64,000 bases of DNA, taken from Somniosus microcephalus (Eukaryota). Location: assembly GCA_052327205.1 (NCBI GenBank), contig JBMRGM010000043.1:31248001-31312000 (forward strand), written 5' to 3'. Below, piece by piece: positions 47,100 to 61,309 of the stretch (the stretch's first letter is position 1; every line of letters begins with the position of its first letter). Both the position numbers and the translations under genes were made by a program. Under the pieces are notes generated by a model. It searched no databases, was not told where the DNA came from, and saw only the letters and a list, made by a program, of their open reading frames with translations.

Positions 47100-50000
47100 C
47101 CCTGCATGTCTGCAATTAGATGGCTAAACTTATCTAGAGTGCAAAAATTAACGTTAAATTATAATTAGAATATTGGCTCTGTAGAGCCAAGTTAACGGTT
47201 ACCTGGAGTGAGCCGGATGCTGGGACGAGATTGGGCAGCTAAAGCAGATACACCTGATAAGCCTGTGTTTAGGCTTCAGTAATTTGTGAGTTGAATCGCC
47301 TCTTTGTAAAACACCGGGTTAAACTCTCGGGACTTTAATGGTTAATGGTGCCAGTGTGAAACACGTTCAGTGGTCACAGCTCACATTAGTTGCAGCCCTT
47401 CACCTCGGTTCCCTCTCAACCGTTGTGCCAGGCCTCAGACACAGAGCGGGTCTGACCGCTTCCGTAAACCCGTGAAAATAACAAGCCTTCAGCCTGGGGC
47501 CACAGATCAGTCCAGTCTATGTGTTAACGGTACAAGATGCGCTTACAATAAATCATGTTCAAAACAGTTTCCAGAGATGTCTCCGGCCTGTATTCCAACT
47601 GTTCGCTTCTGATAAGAATGTATTTTAAAACTGCCAGGGCTCATTTCACGTTTCAACGTTAGGGTGAACTCGTCATCACGGTTTAAGTTCCCCTTTTCTC
47701 CAATGTGGTCAGAAGTCACACTGATCTCAGTGCGCAGTCGACTGGTGCATGGGCAGTGAGCTCCACAGCTGCAGAGTGCTCCCAGGGAACTCGCTCCAGC
47801 CGCTGTCTCCTCATTCCCCATAAGTACAGACTCGGGATCTGCGCGTGTGGGCGTTTGGTACTGAAGAAGTAGAACAGTGTCAGCGGCTGAATGTGGGCGG
47901 GTACATTTGTCGGGAACAGGAGTGGGAAGCGGAGCAATGCGCTTGGGAATAGATTGTTCTGTGTTTGACGGAATCGATCTGTTCTGGCTCTCAGTGCAAA
48001 TGTTCACCCACACCTGACTAAATAGAGGCTGCATTGAAAAAAAAAAAAATTATGATCCATGAGTTCTTAAAAATTGGCTTGGCTCTCTCGAAGGCGAGTG
48101 ACTGTCTGCAAAGTGGAAAAATGCAATGATTTGGGGAAAGGGCAGGGGAGTGGGATCAGTTAGCAAGTGCTTTCGAAGATCCGGCACAGGCACCAAGGGC
48201 CGAATGGCCTCCTTTTGTGCTGTATGATTCTATGACCTCACTTTTCAGTTAAAATGAACTGAAAACAGCTGAACCGAAGCGAGCGGTTTCACAGATGGAA
48301 TGGAGCTTTTGCTTGGAGCCCCCGCTTTCTAAATGAAGAACATCTGTCGCCTTCTGATCCTCTGTAAGGGAATCTCAAATATCACTAGTGCCTTTGAAAA
48401 TCTGCGTCATTCACCCCGGACCCACAATCAGATTAATAAGGCTCATTCTGTAAAAGGCAGCGACGCACTAAATTGATATTGACAGTTTCTGAAAGTAAGA
48501 CATTTATTTAAAATGCGTTGAAATGTCATTACTATGTTTCAATTTTAATCTGAATTTAGTGCAACAATGCTGAGTTTGATTAGTCAGGGTAACAGGATCT
48601 TTCTGCTCATCTAAAGAGATCCACTTTACTATAACAGGTTGCTTCTAAACAGCATAATATTTTTGCTTTACCAATTAGCCTCACCTGCAGAAACAGCTTT
48701 CAAATGTCTAATTCTTTTAGTTTTGTTTATAAGTAGGAATTAACAGCTTATGCACTTCATATGAAGTGTCGGCATTGTCCCAATTGTTTCACTCTTACTA
48801 AATGCTATTAATAAATGTGGTGAGCTTTGCAGTGCTTGGTTTCTGTGGCTAGCTGTTAATCTTGGTCTAAAGCATTGCTTCATGGTTTTGTGTGGCACAG
48901 GCTGGCTTCTTGTTTAACATCTGCTATAGAGAGACTGGGATAAAGATAGATTTATAGAGAGATAGAGAGGGACAAACTTTCACACAGACACAAACACACA
49001 CACACAAGCAGATAACGAAAAATGCAGAGAGAGACCGAGACAGAGATAGAGTCAAAGAGAGAGAGATGGAGTCAATGAGTCAGAGTGAAAGAGGAAGATT
49101 AACACACGAGAGAGACAGAGTCACAGAGATACCTCAAGTCATGGACACAGATGACTGAGAGAGAGAGACACACAACAAGAGGCAGAGAGAGAGAGAGAAC
49201 ATGAGGGAGAGACAAGGAGGTACAGACACATAGTTAGACACACAGGTATAATGGAACCACATGCAGTGGCACAGATAGCCAATGAGAGAGAGAGAGCGTC
49301 AAATCGACAGAGAGAGAGCAACAGAGAGTGACATGCAGACAGTTACACTGACATATAAGGCAAGTCAAAGAGAGAGTGAGACCGAGAGTTATAGAGGCAA
49401 ACAGATGAAGACCGGGAAAGTGTGACAGAGAAAGATTCAGCAAGGGACAGACAGAGAGAGCCAGAGACAGACAAGCAGAAGGCAAACATTCAGGGAGGCG
49501 GTGGGCTAAAGATTCCGTGAGAGAGAGCGAAAGAGAGAGAGGCAGAGCGAGAGACACACAGATAGGGACAGAGCGAGAGCATTAGTTTTTTTTCACTCAC
49601 CTATGAGCAAACATTATGATTATATTTTTTAAATTACTGGTGTAAGGGAGAGCAACATACCAGGCACCATTTTGAATTTCAGGCTCATTTAATATCTGCT
49701 GCCAAACCTGGAGTTAACAAAGCTGAAGAGATAACAGTTACTTTGATTTAGCTTGAACTAAACTGACGGCTTCAAGGCTTTTGGCAACGAAATTTATAAT
49801 TGTAGATCTTTAATGTTAATGTCTGATGCAATTTACTGGCATTTAGACTGAAGTGATTCCTTACGGTCAAATGTCATTGAGACTGCCTTGCTGTGAGATG
49901 CTGATGTCAGCGCTCTGTTGTCTGGTTAGCCAATGCACCACAAGAGATGAAAACAGGAACAAATAACGGGGTTTGCATCTTTAGTGTACCACAGGCTCTT

Positions 50001-52320
50001 TTAGCAGAACCTCATCTATTTTAATAACATGACATTAGTTGCGGGACCATGTCAGCCACAGCTAGTTCTACAGCTTAATGCGGTAAATCTTAAATGATGA
50101 TAAGTAATTCTTAACTTGTCTGTTCTTGGCCTTATAATCGCCCCCATGTTTTATTTGTTGCACAGCACATAAAATCCACCTTGTGAAAATAATTGGCCAA
50201 ATTAAATACTTGAATCATTCACCTCATTGAACCCTAGCTGGACAAAAGGCCCAGGTTCTACATGCTAAACAATGAAATGCACACACATCTGCATTGATCA
50301 TTGACCTTTTTGCAATTATTTTTGAAAAGGTTGCAGCATTAGGCGTTGCCTTAGTAGTGTGATTCCTCTGGTCTGAGGCGTGATAAAATATTTCTGCAGC
50401 CAGTTGCTTGATCATGCACTGTCTTCACGAGCAACATTTGCCACCCAGTCAAAACTTGTGATGCTGATTAGGCTAAAGATGATTTAAATGATGATAGAAA
50501 CATTTGAAATGGAGTAGCCCATTCAGCCCTTCGAGGCTGCTGATTTTTCATTCAACTATACAATGGGTGATCTGTACCTCAACTCCAATGACCCCCTTTT
50601 ACTCAATATACATTGTTGCCCTCACTCAACTAGTGTCAGCCGTGGCTCAGTGAGCAGCATGCTCGACTCTGAGTCAGAAGGCTCGTGCATTCAAGTCGCA
50701 CTCCAGAGATTTGGGCAAAAAATCTGGGATCAAACTCCAGTGCAGTGCTGTGGGAGTGCAGCATTTTCAGAGGTGCCGTCTTTCGGATGATACGTTAAAG
50801 CGAGGCCCCGTCGGGGAGATTATCCCCGGTGCCCTGGGCAATATTTGTCCTTCAGTCAACATAACATAAACAGATTATCTGGTCATTATCATCATCAGTG
50901 TGTGAAAATTGACTGCTACTCTTCCTACAGTGACTACACTTCAAAAGTACTCCACTGGCTGCAAAGCGCTTTGGGAAGTCCTGAGGTTGTGAATGGCGCT
51001 CTAAAAATGCAAGTCTTTCTTTTTTTAACTAAAATATATCTTGATCGCCGTATTGGCCGTTCCAATTTACCACCAGATTCCACAGCGCTCTTAGCGGAGT
51101 GAGTTGCAATTTCTCAATACACAATGCATGAAAAGGTGCTTCCTGATTTCCATCCTAAATGGACTATCACTAATTTTGAAGAAATGTTCTCTTCTCCATG
51201 ACAGAACAAACACACTCATTGGCTCTCAGAACAATGACTCATTTCAATCTTTGTCAGTTTCCTTTCATCCGGCAGCAACTTTTCCATGTAGTACTCAGAC
51301 CATTAGGATCTTCAACAATAAAAACATCTTATCATTCTTCGTGAGATGGTCAATTGACATAATTCGATGTATTAATATTTTACATTTACATCAACAGAAC
51401 TGAATACCTGGCAGAACGTATAGACTAGCAGCAAATGTGGTACCGCCTGTTTTGTGTCCCTGCCGATGTCGAATTTCTCCTCCTGGGTATTTCCTCTATT
51501 CAGCTGCCTTACAGATGAGCAGCTTTGGTCCAATTTGAAGATGGTCTCAGATAATGAAACACATTTTACATTGTCTTCTCTCTTTCAGTGCAAGTTACTC
51601 ATCAGTCGAACACACAAGGTATGATGACAATAATCTGCATTATTGATAATCCAGTTTGTGGAATGAACGCTTCCAATTTATAGCTATAGGACAGCAGCAA
51701 TCAAGCAATGAAATCATTTTCAGCTTCCGCCCGAGCATGAAACTGCGTTCTGGAATCGCCACCTATAATGGAAAAGCTCGATCATCATTTTCATTGATTC
51801 AGGGTGAATTGAAAGTGGGCGGTTTCTCTAATGGTCGGCCAATCAGAACCCCATTTGTAAGCCTCAACGTAAAGTTTAATGTCTACCACAATATATTAAA
51901 GACAAAGTGACCTATAAATTGGTGTGGGTAACTGTCAGCTCATCAGCTGAGGATTGGAAGCGTGTAATCATAATTGAGTAAATAAATGGATGGATAGATC
52001 GACAGGTCTAAGATGAAATAACAACAAATGTTGATGAAATTAGGGTGTTACTCTTGTGATTAGACTTTGCAAAAGCGCTTAATGAAGTTCCACATAATAG
52101 ACTTGTTTGTGAAATAGAAATCAAAGTATTAAGGACAACATAAGGGGCGTCAGCTTATCATAAGAAGGGACACGTGACCTTCAATTGCCACGATTGTCGC
52201 TATGGCTTTTCGGGTTATAGATCTATTGGTCGTTAATCAAGTGCTTTTAAGGAAATATTCTAAAGGATGTCATACCTGTACTTTAACATATTCCAATATA
52301 TACTTACTTTATATTTCTTC
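47100..52320 (+). pseudogene. Leader module copy B1: abortive gene copy
   Basis: First donor mutated to AT (47820). Mini-exon at 51589-51618. 52130-52320 matches the intron at 63278-63480 but stops just before the Ig exon acceptor; no Ig exons are present. Confidence 0.72.
48925..49580. repeat. GA/CA-rich low-complexity tract
   Basis: Degenerate (GA)n/(GACA)n. Paralog at 57580-58250. Confidence 0.8.
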
Positions 52321-52329
52321 TGAGTAATA

Positions 52330-55300
52330 TACAACATTTTCAGTCTGTTGTTATCTACATATCGATGTATCTCTTTTTGATTGTCTTACCATCTATCTAA
52401 GTATCTGTCTGTTTATTCATCGACAGTATAGCAAATAATCAAAGGCAGGCACCAATAGGACAGATTAGGTTCCAGTCATAAATTGTATCAGTAAAATAGT
52501 CCAGGTACTAACCATAGACCTGTATCATTAGGACAGTGTAATTGATAAACATAGGCCTGTACGAGTAGGAAATAAAGTTTGAAAAATGTGCCGATACCAA
52601 AAGGACAGTATAGTTACAAATCAAAAACCTGCAGCAATAGGACAACAGAAACAGTCATCAAAATACCTCAGCCAGTATGACAGATAAGGTATTAATCATA
52701 GGCCTGCATCAATAGGACGGTATAGATAGATAATGATTAGAGACATGCAGCAGTCGGACACTGCAGGCATTAATCATAGACCTGTATCAGAAGGACTGTG
52801 AATGTACTGAGCATTGACCAGCACCAGTAGGGCTATATATGTTGTAATTACTAACTGCATGAGTAGTAAATTAAAAGTTCCTTATCTAGTGCCTCTGTGT
52901 CGCATCCAGTTCTAGACCAACACCAATAGAACTGTGGAGATTCTAAATAGATTTCACTGCAGTAGTATAGAGTTGGTATTTATCGGCGATCTGGGCAATG
53001 GGGACAGTATAGCTACTAAAAGCTGACCTGTACTAGTGGTGGAGTCAAGTACTGATGACATACATTCTGCAGTGGGAGAGTCGAGGCAGCAATCATAGAC
53101 CTGCACCAGTAGGTGATACCTAGAGAGAGCCCCAGAGAGGAACAGAACTATGCGGCTCAAGGAGTCGCCCCATATAATCCTGGTTTTAGGCTTCATTAAT
53201 TTGAGTCGAATCACCTAGTTGCTAAACATTACTGACTGGATTAAACTCTCGGGACTTAAATGGTTAATTGTGCCAGGGTGCAACAGTTTCAGTGGTCTGA
53301 TGTTTCACTGGTATTAGCACTTCGCCTCCGTTCCCCCTCTACAGATGTACCAGGCCACACACACAGAGCTGGGGTGACCACTTCCCTAAGCCCTTGAAAA
53401 AAACAAGCCTTCAAACTGGGGCCACAGAGCAGGCCAGTCTCTCTTTTAACGTTATAAACTGCGGTTAGAATAAATCATATTTATAACAGATTCAAGCGAT
53501 GACTCCGGCCTGGAATCCAACTGTTCTCTTCTGATAAAAATTAATTTTAAAACTGACAGGGCTCAGTTAACTTTTCAGCGTTAGGTTGGATTCGTCACCG
53601 TGTACGGTTTAATTTCCTCTTGTCTCAAATGTGGTCAGAAGTCAAAGTGATCTCAGTGTGCAGTCGCCTGGTGCATGGACAGTGAGCCCCACAGCTGCAG
53701 ACTGCTGTCGGGGCACTCGCTCCAGCCGCTGTCTCCTCATTCCCCATAAGTACAGACTCGGGATCTGCGTGTGCGGGCGTTTGGTACTGAAGAATTAGCA
53801 GAGAGTCAGCGGCTGAATGTGATTCTATGATCTCACTTTTCAGGTGAACAGAACTGAAAACAGCTGATCCGAAGCTCGCGTCTTCACAGAGGGAGGTGGA
53901 CTGCTGCTCAGGTCCCCCGCATTCGAAATGAAGCACATCTGTCGCCTTCGGATCTTCTGTAGGTGAATCTCAAATATATCCAGTGCCTTTGAAAATCAAC
54001 GCCACTCACCCCTGACCGTTAATCAGGTTAATAAGACTCATCCCGTGAGAGGGATCATCACACTAAATTAATATTCAGAGTTTATTAAGTTCAAACATTC
54101 AATTATACTGCATTGAAATGTCATTTCCATGCTTCAGTTTTAATCAGAATTTAGTGGAACAACAGAAATAAATTTGATTAGTCAGGCTAACAGGATCTTT
54201 CTGCTCATCTAAGGTTGCAGCCGACTTTAGACACATCTAAACGGTCCAATATTTATTATTTTACCAATTATTTAGCCTCACCTGCAGAAACTGCTTGCAC
54301 TTTTCTTATTGTTGTCGTTTTGTTAATTAAAAAAAAAAAATTCATGCGCTTCATATCAAGTTTCAGCGTTGGCTCAGTTGACTCACTCTTACAAATTGCT
54401 ATTAATACATGCGGTGAGATTTACAGTGTGTGGGTTCTGTGGGTAGATGATAAACTTGGTGCATGTCATTGCTTGATGATTTCGAGTGCGGCAGGCACGC
54501 TTCTTGTTAACAACTGCCACAGAGAGAGAGAGAAAGAGAGAGAGGGGGAGAGAGGCGGAGCGGGAGAGGGAGTCAGAGCGAGATACAATCAGATAGGGAC
54601 AGAGAGAGACAGATAGACAGAGATTGTAAGAAAGTAACAATGAAGCTGTCCACGAAGGAGAGTGACAGAGAGGGCAGGAGTTTTTTTTTTCAACTCAGTT
54701 TTGCAGATTCACTATATGAAGGGCTTATTTTATTTTCTGTTGTGAGGGAGAAAATACACATTAACGGGACGACATCCCTTGAGTTAATAAAGCTGAGGAG
54801 AACAAATTTACTATGATTTTACTTGACCTAAACTGACGGCTTAAGGGTGTTTGGCAGGGAATTTTAAAATGCTGGATCTTTAAAATTAATTTCTGATGCT
54901 GTTTACTGGAATTTAGACAGAAGTGACTCTTTATGGTTACAGGACATTGAGGCTGCCTTCCTGTGAGATGCTGACGTCAGCGCTCTATTGGCTTGTTAAC
55001 CACTGGATCACAAGCCCAGCAAACAGGAAAAAACAACAGGGTTTGCATCTTTAATGTACCATCGACTCTTTCGCCAGAATCTCATCTATTTTAACAACTT
55101 GACATTAGTTGTGGGACCATGTTGGTCACAGCTAGTTCCACAGATTAATGAGGTAGAGCTTAAAATATGTGGTTAATCTTAAATTGTTCTTTCTTGAGCT
55201 TATAATAAGCCACATGAGTTATGTGTTGCACTGCACATAAAACCCACTTTTTGGAAAGAATTGTCCTAACTGAATGCTTCAATCATTCACCCTATTGAAT

Positions 55301-56075
55301 CCTAGCTTGACAAGTCCCAGGTTCGACATGTTGAACAATGAAATGCAGACACATCTCATTGACCATTGACCATTTTGCAATTATTTTTGCAAAGTTTGCA
55401 GCAACAGGTATTGCCTTAGTAGTGTGATTCCTGTGGTCTGAGGCCGACAAAAGCTTTCTGCTGCTTTCTGCTTCTAGCTGCTGGGTCATGTACTGTCTTC
55501 ACGAGTATCAGTTGCAACCAAGTCAATACTTGTAATTCTGATTCGGTTAAAGATGAGTTAACTGATAATAGGAACATAACAACAGGAGTAGGTCATTCAG
55601 CCCTTCGAGGCTGCTCTGTCATTCAACTATATCATGGTTAATCTGCACCTCCACTCCAATTACCCCACCTTGCTCAATATCCAATGTTACTCTTCCTCAA
55701 CTAATGACAGCCGTGGCTCAGTGTATAGCATTCTCGCCTCTGAGTCAGAAGGTTCGTCGATTCCGGTCCCACAACAGGGACTTGAGCACAATCAACTAAG
55801 CTGACACTCCAGTGCAGTGCTGAGGGAGTGCTGCAATGTCGGAGGAGACGTTAAAGTGAGGCCCCGTCAGGGGAGTTATCCCAGGTGCCCTGGCCAATAT
55901 TTCACCCTCAATCATCTAACAAAAACAGATAATCCTGTCATTATCAACATCACTGTGTGGAAATTGACAGCTACGTTTCCTGCAGTGACTGCACTTCAAA
56001 GGTACTCCATTGGCTGCAAAGCGCATTGTGAAGCCCTGAGGTTGTGAAAGGCGCTATAGGAATGCAAGGCCTTTT
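52330..56075 (+). pseudogene. Leader module copy A2 (paralog of 19650-28420, lacking the LTR element and MITE), truncated
   Basis: Colinear with A1. Donor mutated to AT (53746). Ends at the SINE tail, before the mini-exon. Confidence 0.72.
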
Positions 56076-59000
56076 TTCGTTGTCTGCAATGAGATGGGTA
56101 AACTTATCTAGAGTCACAAAATTAATGTTAAAATATAATTAGAATATTTGTTCTGGTAGAGCAAAGTTAACGGTTACCTGGAGTGAGTCGGATAGGCGGA
56201 ATAGATTGGGCAGCTCAAGCAGATACACTGGATAAGCCTGTGTTTAGAATTTATTTTAAAATTGCAAGAGCTCATTTCACTTTTCAGCGTTAGGTTGGAA
56301 TCGTCATCACGTTAGGTTTAAGTTCCCCTTTTCTCCAATTTGGTCAGAAGTCATAGTGATCTCTGCGCGCAGTCGCATGGAGAATGGTCAGTGAGCTCCA
56401 CAGCTGCAGACTGATCCTGGGGAACTCACTCCAGCCGCTGTCTCCTCATTCCCCGTAAGTACACCCTCGGGATCTGCGCGTGCGGGCGTTTGGTACTGAA
56501 GAAGTAGAACAGTGTCAGCGGCTTATTGTGGGCGGGTACATTTGTTGGGTGCAGGAGTGGGAAGCGGAGCCATGCGCTTGGGAATAGGTTGCTCTGTGTT
56601 TGATGGATTCGATTTGTTCAGGCTCTCTGTGGAAATGTTAACCCAAATCTGAATAAATAGAGGCTGCATTGAAATAAACAGAATTATGATCCATGAGTTT
56701 TAAAAATTGGCTTGGCTCTCTTAAAGGCGAGCGACTGTCTGCAAAGTGGAAAAATGCAATGTTGGGGAATGGCAGGGGAGTGGGAACAATTAGCAAGTTC
56801 TTTCGAAGAACCGGCACAGGCATCATGGCCGAATGGCCTCCTTCTGTGCTGTATGATTTTTAATTTCACTTTCCAGATAAAAGGAACTGAAAACAGCTGA
56901 TACGAAGGGAGCCTTTTCACAGAGGGAAAGGAGCTTCTGCTTGGAGCCCCCGCTTTCGAAATGAAGCACATCTGTCGCCTTCTGATTTTCTGTAAGTGAT
57001 TCTCAAATATTGCCAGTGCCTTTGAAAATCTGCGTCACTCACCCCGGACCCACAATCAGAATAATAAGGCTCATTCTGTAAAAGTCAGCGACGCACTAAA
57101 TTGATATTGACAGTTTCTGAAAGGAAGACATTCATTTAAAATGCGTTGAAATGTCATTTTCTATGTTTCTGTTTTAATCAGAATTTAGTGCAACAACAGA
57201 CCTAAGTTTGATTATTCAAGGTAACAGGATCTTTCCGCTCATCTAAGAGATCACTTTTGCTATAACAGGTTGCAGCTCAATAGGATTGCTTCTAAACAGC
57301 CTAATATTTTTTAATTTACCAATTATTTAGCCTCACCTGCAGAAACTGCTTTCAAATTTCTAATTCTTGTAGTTTTGTTTATAAGTAGGAATTAACATTT
57401 TTATGCAATTCATACCAAGTGTCAGCGTTGTCCCAGTTGTTTCACTCTTACTAAATGCTATTAATAAATGCGGTGAGCTTTGCTGTGCTTGGTCTCTGTG
57501 GCTAGCTGTTAATCTTGGTCTGTATCATTGCTTCATGATTTTGTGTGGCCCAGGCTGGCTTCTTGTTTAACATCTGCTATAGGGAGACAGGGAGATAGAT
57601 GCATTTAAAGAGAGGGAGAAACTTTCACACATACACACACACACAGCTAACGAAAAATGTGGAGAGAGACCGAGGCAGAGATAGAGTCAAAGAGAGAGAG
57701 AGCAAAAGTGAGAGAAAGAGATGGAGTCAATGTGTCAGAGTGAAAGTGGAAGATTAACACACGAGAGAGACAGAGTCAAAGAGATACAGCAAGTCATAGA
57801 CACACATGACTGGGAGAGACACACAAAAAGAGGCAGAGAGAGAGAAAATGAGGGAGAGACAAGGAGGTGCAGACTCAGAGTGAGAGAGACATAGATTGAA
57901 TGAAACAACATGCAGTGACACTGATAGTCAATGAGAGAGAGAGCGTCAAATTGACAGACAGAGCAACTGAGAGTGACATTCAGAAAGTGAGACTGACATA
58001 AGGTAGGTCAGAGAGAGGGTGAGGCCGAGGGATCTATGGGCAAACAGATGAAGACTGGCAAAGTTTGAAAGAGAGAGATTGAGTCAGCGAGGGAGAGACA
58101 GAGAGAGCGAGAAACAGACAAACAGAAGGCAAACATTCAGAGAGGCGGTGGGCTAAAGTTTTCGTGAGAGAAAGCGAGAGAGAGCGAAAGAGAGATATGC
58201 AGTGCGAGAGACACACAGATAGCGACATAGCGAGACAGAGATAGAGCATTAGTATTTTTTTCAATGCAGCAATATAATTATATTTTTTTAATTCCTGGTG
58301 TAAGGGAGAACAAAATACAGCAATGTGCTAACCGGGCACCATTTTGAATTTCAGGCTCATTTAATATCTGCTGCCTAACCTGGAGTTAACAAAGCTGAAG
58401 AGATAACATTTACTTTGATTTAACTTGACCTAAACTGGCGGCTTCAAGGATTATGGCAGCGAACTTCATAATTGTGGATCTTTAATATTAATGTCTCATG
58501 CAATTTACTTGAATTTAGACAGAAGTGACTGATTATGGTCAAATGCCATTGAAACTGACTTGCTGTGAGATGCTGACGTCAGCACTCTATTGTCTTGTTA
58601 ACCACTGGACCACAAGAGCAGAAAACAGGAACAAACAACAGGGTTTGCATCTTTAGTGTACCACCGACTCTTTCACCATAATCTCAACTATTTTAATAAC
58701 ATGACATTAGTTGTGGGACCATGGTAGCCACAGCTAGTTCCACAGCTTAATGCGCTAATTCTTAAATGATAATTAGTAATTCGTAACCTGTTTGTTCTTG
58801 AGCTTATAATCACCCCCATGTTTCATTTGTTGCACAGCACATAACACCCACCTTGTGAAAATAATTGGCCAAATTGAATACTTGAAACATTCACCCTATT
58901 GAATCCAAACTGGACAGAAGGCCCAGGTTTTACATGTTAAACAATGAAATACAGAGACATCTGAATTGATCATTGAACCAGCATCAGATATTGCCTAATT

Positions 59001-59894
59001 AGTGTGATTCCTCTGGTCTGAGGCGTGAAAAAATCTTCCTGCAGCCAGCTGCTTGATCATGTACTGTCTTCACGAGCAACATTTGCAACCCAGTCATAAC
59101 TTGACATGCTGATTAGGATAAAGATGTTTTAAATTATGATGGAAACATATGAAAACGAGTAGCCCATTCAGCCCTTCGAGGCTGCTCTGTTATTGAATTA
59201 TATCATGGTTGAACTGTACCTCTACTCCAATGACCCCCCTTTGCTCATGTTCGTGGATTCAAGTCGCAGACCAAAGACTTGAGCACAAAAATCTGGGATC
59301 AAATTCCAGTGCAGTGCTGTGGGAGTGCTGCACTTTCGGTGGTGCCGTGTTTCAGATGATACGTTAATGCGAGGCCCCTTCGGGGAGATTATCCCTGGAG
59401 CCCTGGGCAATATTTGTCCTTCAATCAACATAACAAAAACAGATTATCTGGTCATTATTATCAACACTGTGTGAAAATTGACAGCTATGTTTCCTACAGT
59501 GACTACACTTCAAAAGTACACCTTTGGCTGCAAAGCGCTTTGGGAAGTCCTGAGGTTGTGATAGGCGCTATAGAAATGCACGTCTTTATTTTATTAACTA
59601 AAATCAATCTTGATCTCCATAATCAAAGTTCCAATTTATGCGCAGATTGCACAGCGTTCTTAGCGGATTGAGTTGCAATTTCTCACTACGCATTGTGTGA
59701 AAAGGTGCTTCTTCATTTCCATTTTAAATGGCCTATCACAAATTTTAAAGTAAAATTTCCTTCTCCATGACAGAGCAAACACACTCAGTGGCTCTCGGAA
59801 CAATGATTCATTTCAATCTTTGTCAGTTCCCTTTCATCTGGCAGCAACTTTTCCATGTAGTCCTCAGACCATTAGGATCTTCAAAAAAAACCTT

Positions 59895-60660
59895 GGCCCG
59901 TAAATTCAGGTCTCCACGGGTGAGCACGCATGGGGTACTCTCCCGTAAGCCCAATGGAAGTGCCGGTTTAGTGCAAGCACTTTGTATGCGGGGGAAACCG
60001 GCGCTTCTGTTCCCCTGAAAGAAGGGATTCAGAGGTTGACAGCGTGCACGGGAGAAGCTGCGCATGCGCATCCAAGTTACGTTTATTTTGCAGCTTTTCC
60101 CGGGAGGGTATGTCTCCAGAAGTTACACGTTAAAAACCAGGTGTGAGGCCTGCTTTTTACAAGGTAAGTGCGGTGAATTAACTAAAATTAAAAAAAAATT
60201 TCCTCAGGTTTATTATTTTAAAATACTTTAAAGCAAGGTAAGTTTATTTTTAAACCCGTTAGAAAATAAAATTATTTTTTTCAAAAATGTAAATTATTGT
60301 TTAAAATAGTTATTTCATGTAATTTATAGTTTATTCAAAAAACTGTGACGAATTTTTAAAATCATTTGAAGATTTAGTGATGTTTTGGGGCCCGTAGTAT
60401 TGATAAGTTTTGACAGCTCTTCCTGTCAAACTTATGAATGGGCATTCCCTGCTCCGATTGGCCCTCCATGGCGCACGTGATCCGAGGGAATGGATTGAAC
60501 TAACTGCGCCCTTGGGATACGCAAGCACTCTGCGCCGGCAGTTGGAGCATGCCCAGGATCGGAATTCCACGCGGGCCCACAGCTCAACGTCAGGCGCGCA
60601 AAGTAAGTGCAGGTCGGGGGCTTGCACCCGCGGGAAGCCCACGACCCGAATTTCTGGGCC
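59895..60660. mobile_element. Non-autonomous DNA transposon/MITE (PIF/Harbinger-like)
   Basis: TIRs ggcccgtaaattcaggtc / gacccgaatttctgggcc and a 3-bp TSD CTT. The empty site in paralog B1 is at ~51328. Confidence 0.85.
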
Positions 60661-60920
60661 CTTATCTTTGTTCGTGAGAGGGTCAATCGACATAATTCGA
60701 TGTATTATCATTTACATTCACATCAACTGAACTGAATACCTTGCGGCACGTATAGACTGGCGGCAAATGCGGTACCGCCTATTTTATGTCCCTGCCAAAG
60801 TCGAATTTCACCCCCTCGGTGTTCCCTCTAGTCAGCTGCATTACAGCTTAGCAGCTTAGGTCAAACTTGAAGATGGTCTCAGATAATGAAACATATTTTA
60901 CATTGTCTTCTCTCTTTCAG

Positions 60921-60950
60921 TGCAAATTACTCATCAGGCGACCACACAAG
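60921..60950 (+). CDS. Gene 3 candidate signal-peptide mini-exon (30 bp)
   Basis: ctctttcAG|tgcaaattactcatcaggcgaccacacaag|GTatga, identical in sequence to 28996-29025 and in phase with exon 62245. Confidence 0.62.
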
Positions 60951-61309
60951 GTATGATGACAATAATGTCCATTCGGTTTGTGGAATGAACGCTTCCAATT
61001 TATAGCTAAAGGACAGTAACAATCCAACAATTGAGTAATTTTCAGTTGTTCACCCGAGCATAAAACTGACCACCTGGATACGCGAAGTTAAGAGAAACAT
61101 TCGATCATCATTTTCATTGATTCAGTGGGAATGTAAAGTGGGCAGTTTCTCTCACGGTCGGCCAATCAGAACCGCAGTTTTAAGCCTCAGCACCAAATTT
61201 AATGTCGACCACAATATGTTAAAGACAAAGTGACCTATAAATTGGTCTGGGTAACTGCCAGCTCAGTCACCTGAGGATTGGCAGCGAGTAATAATAAATG
61301 AGTAATTAT

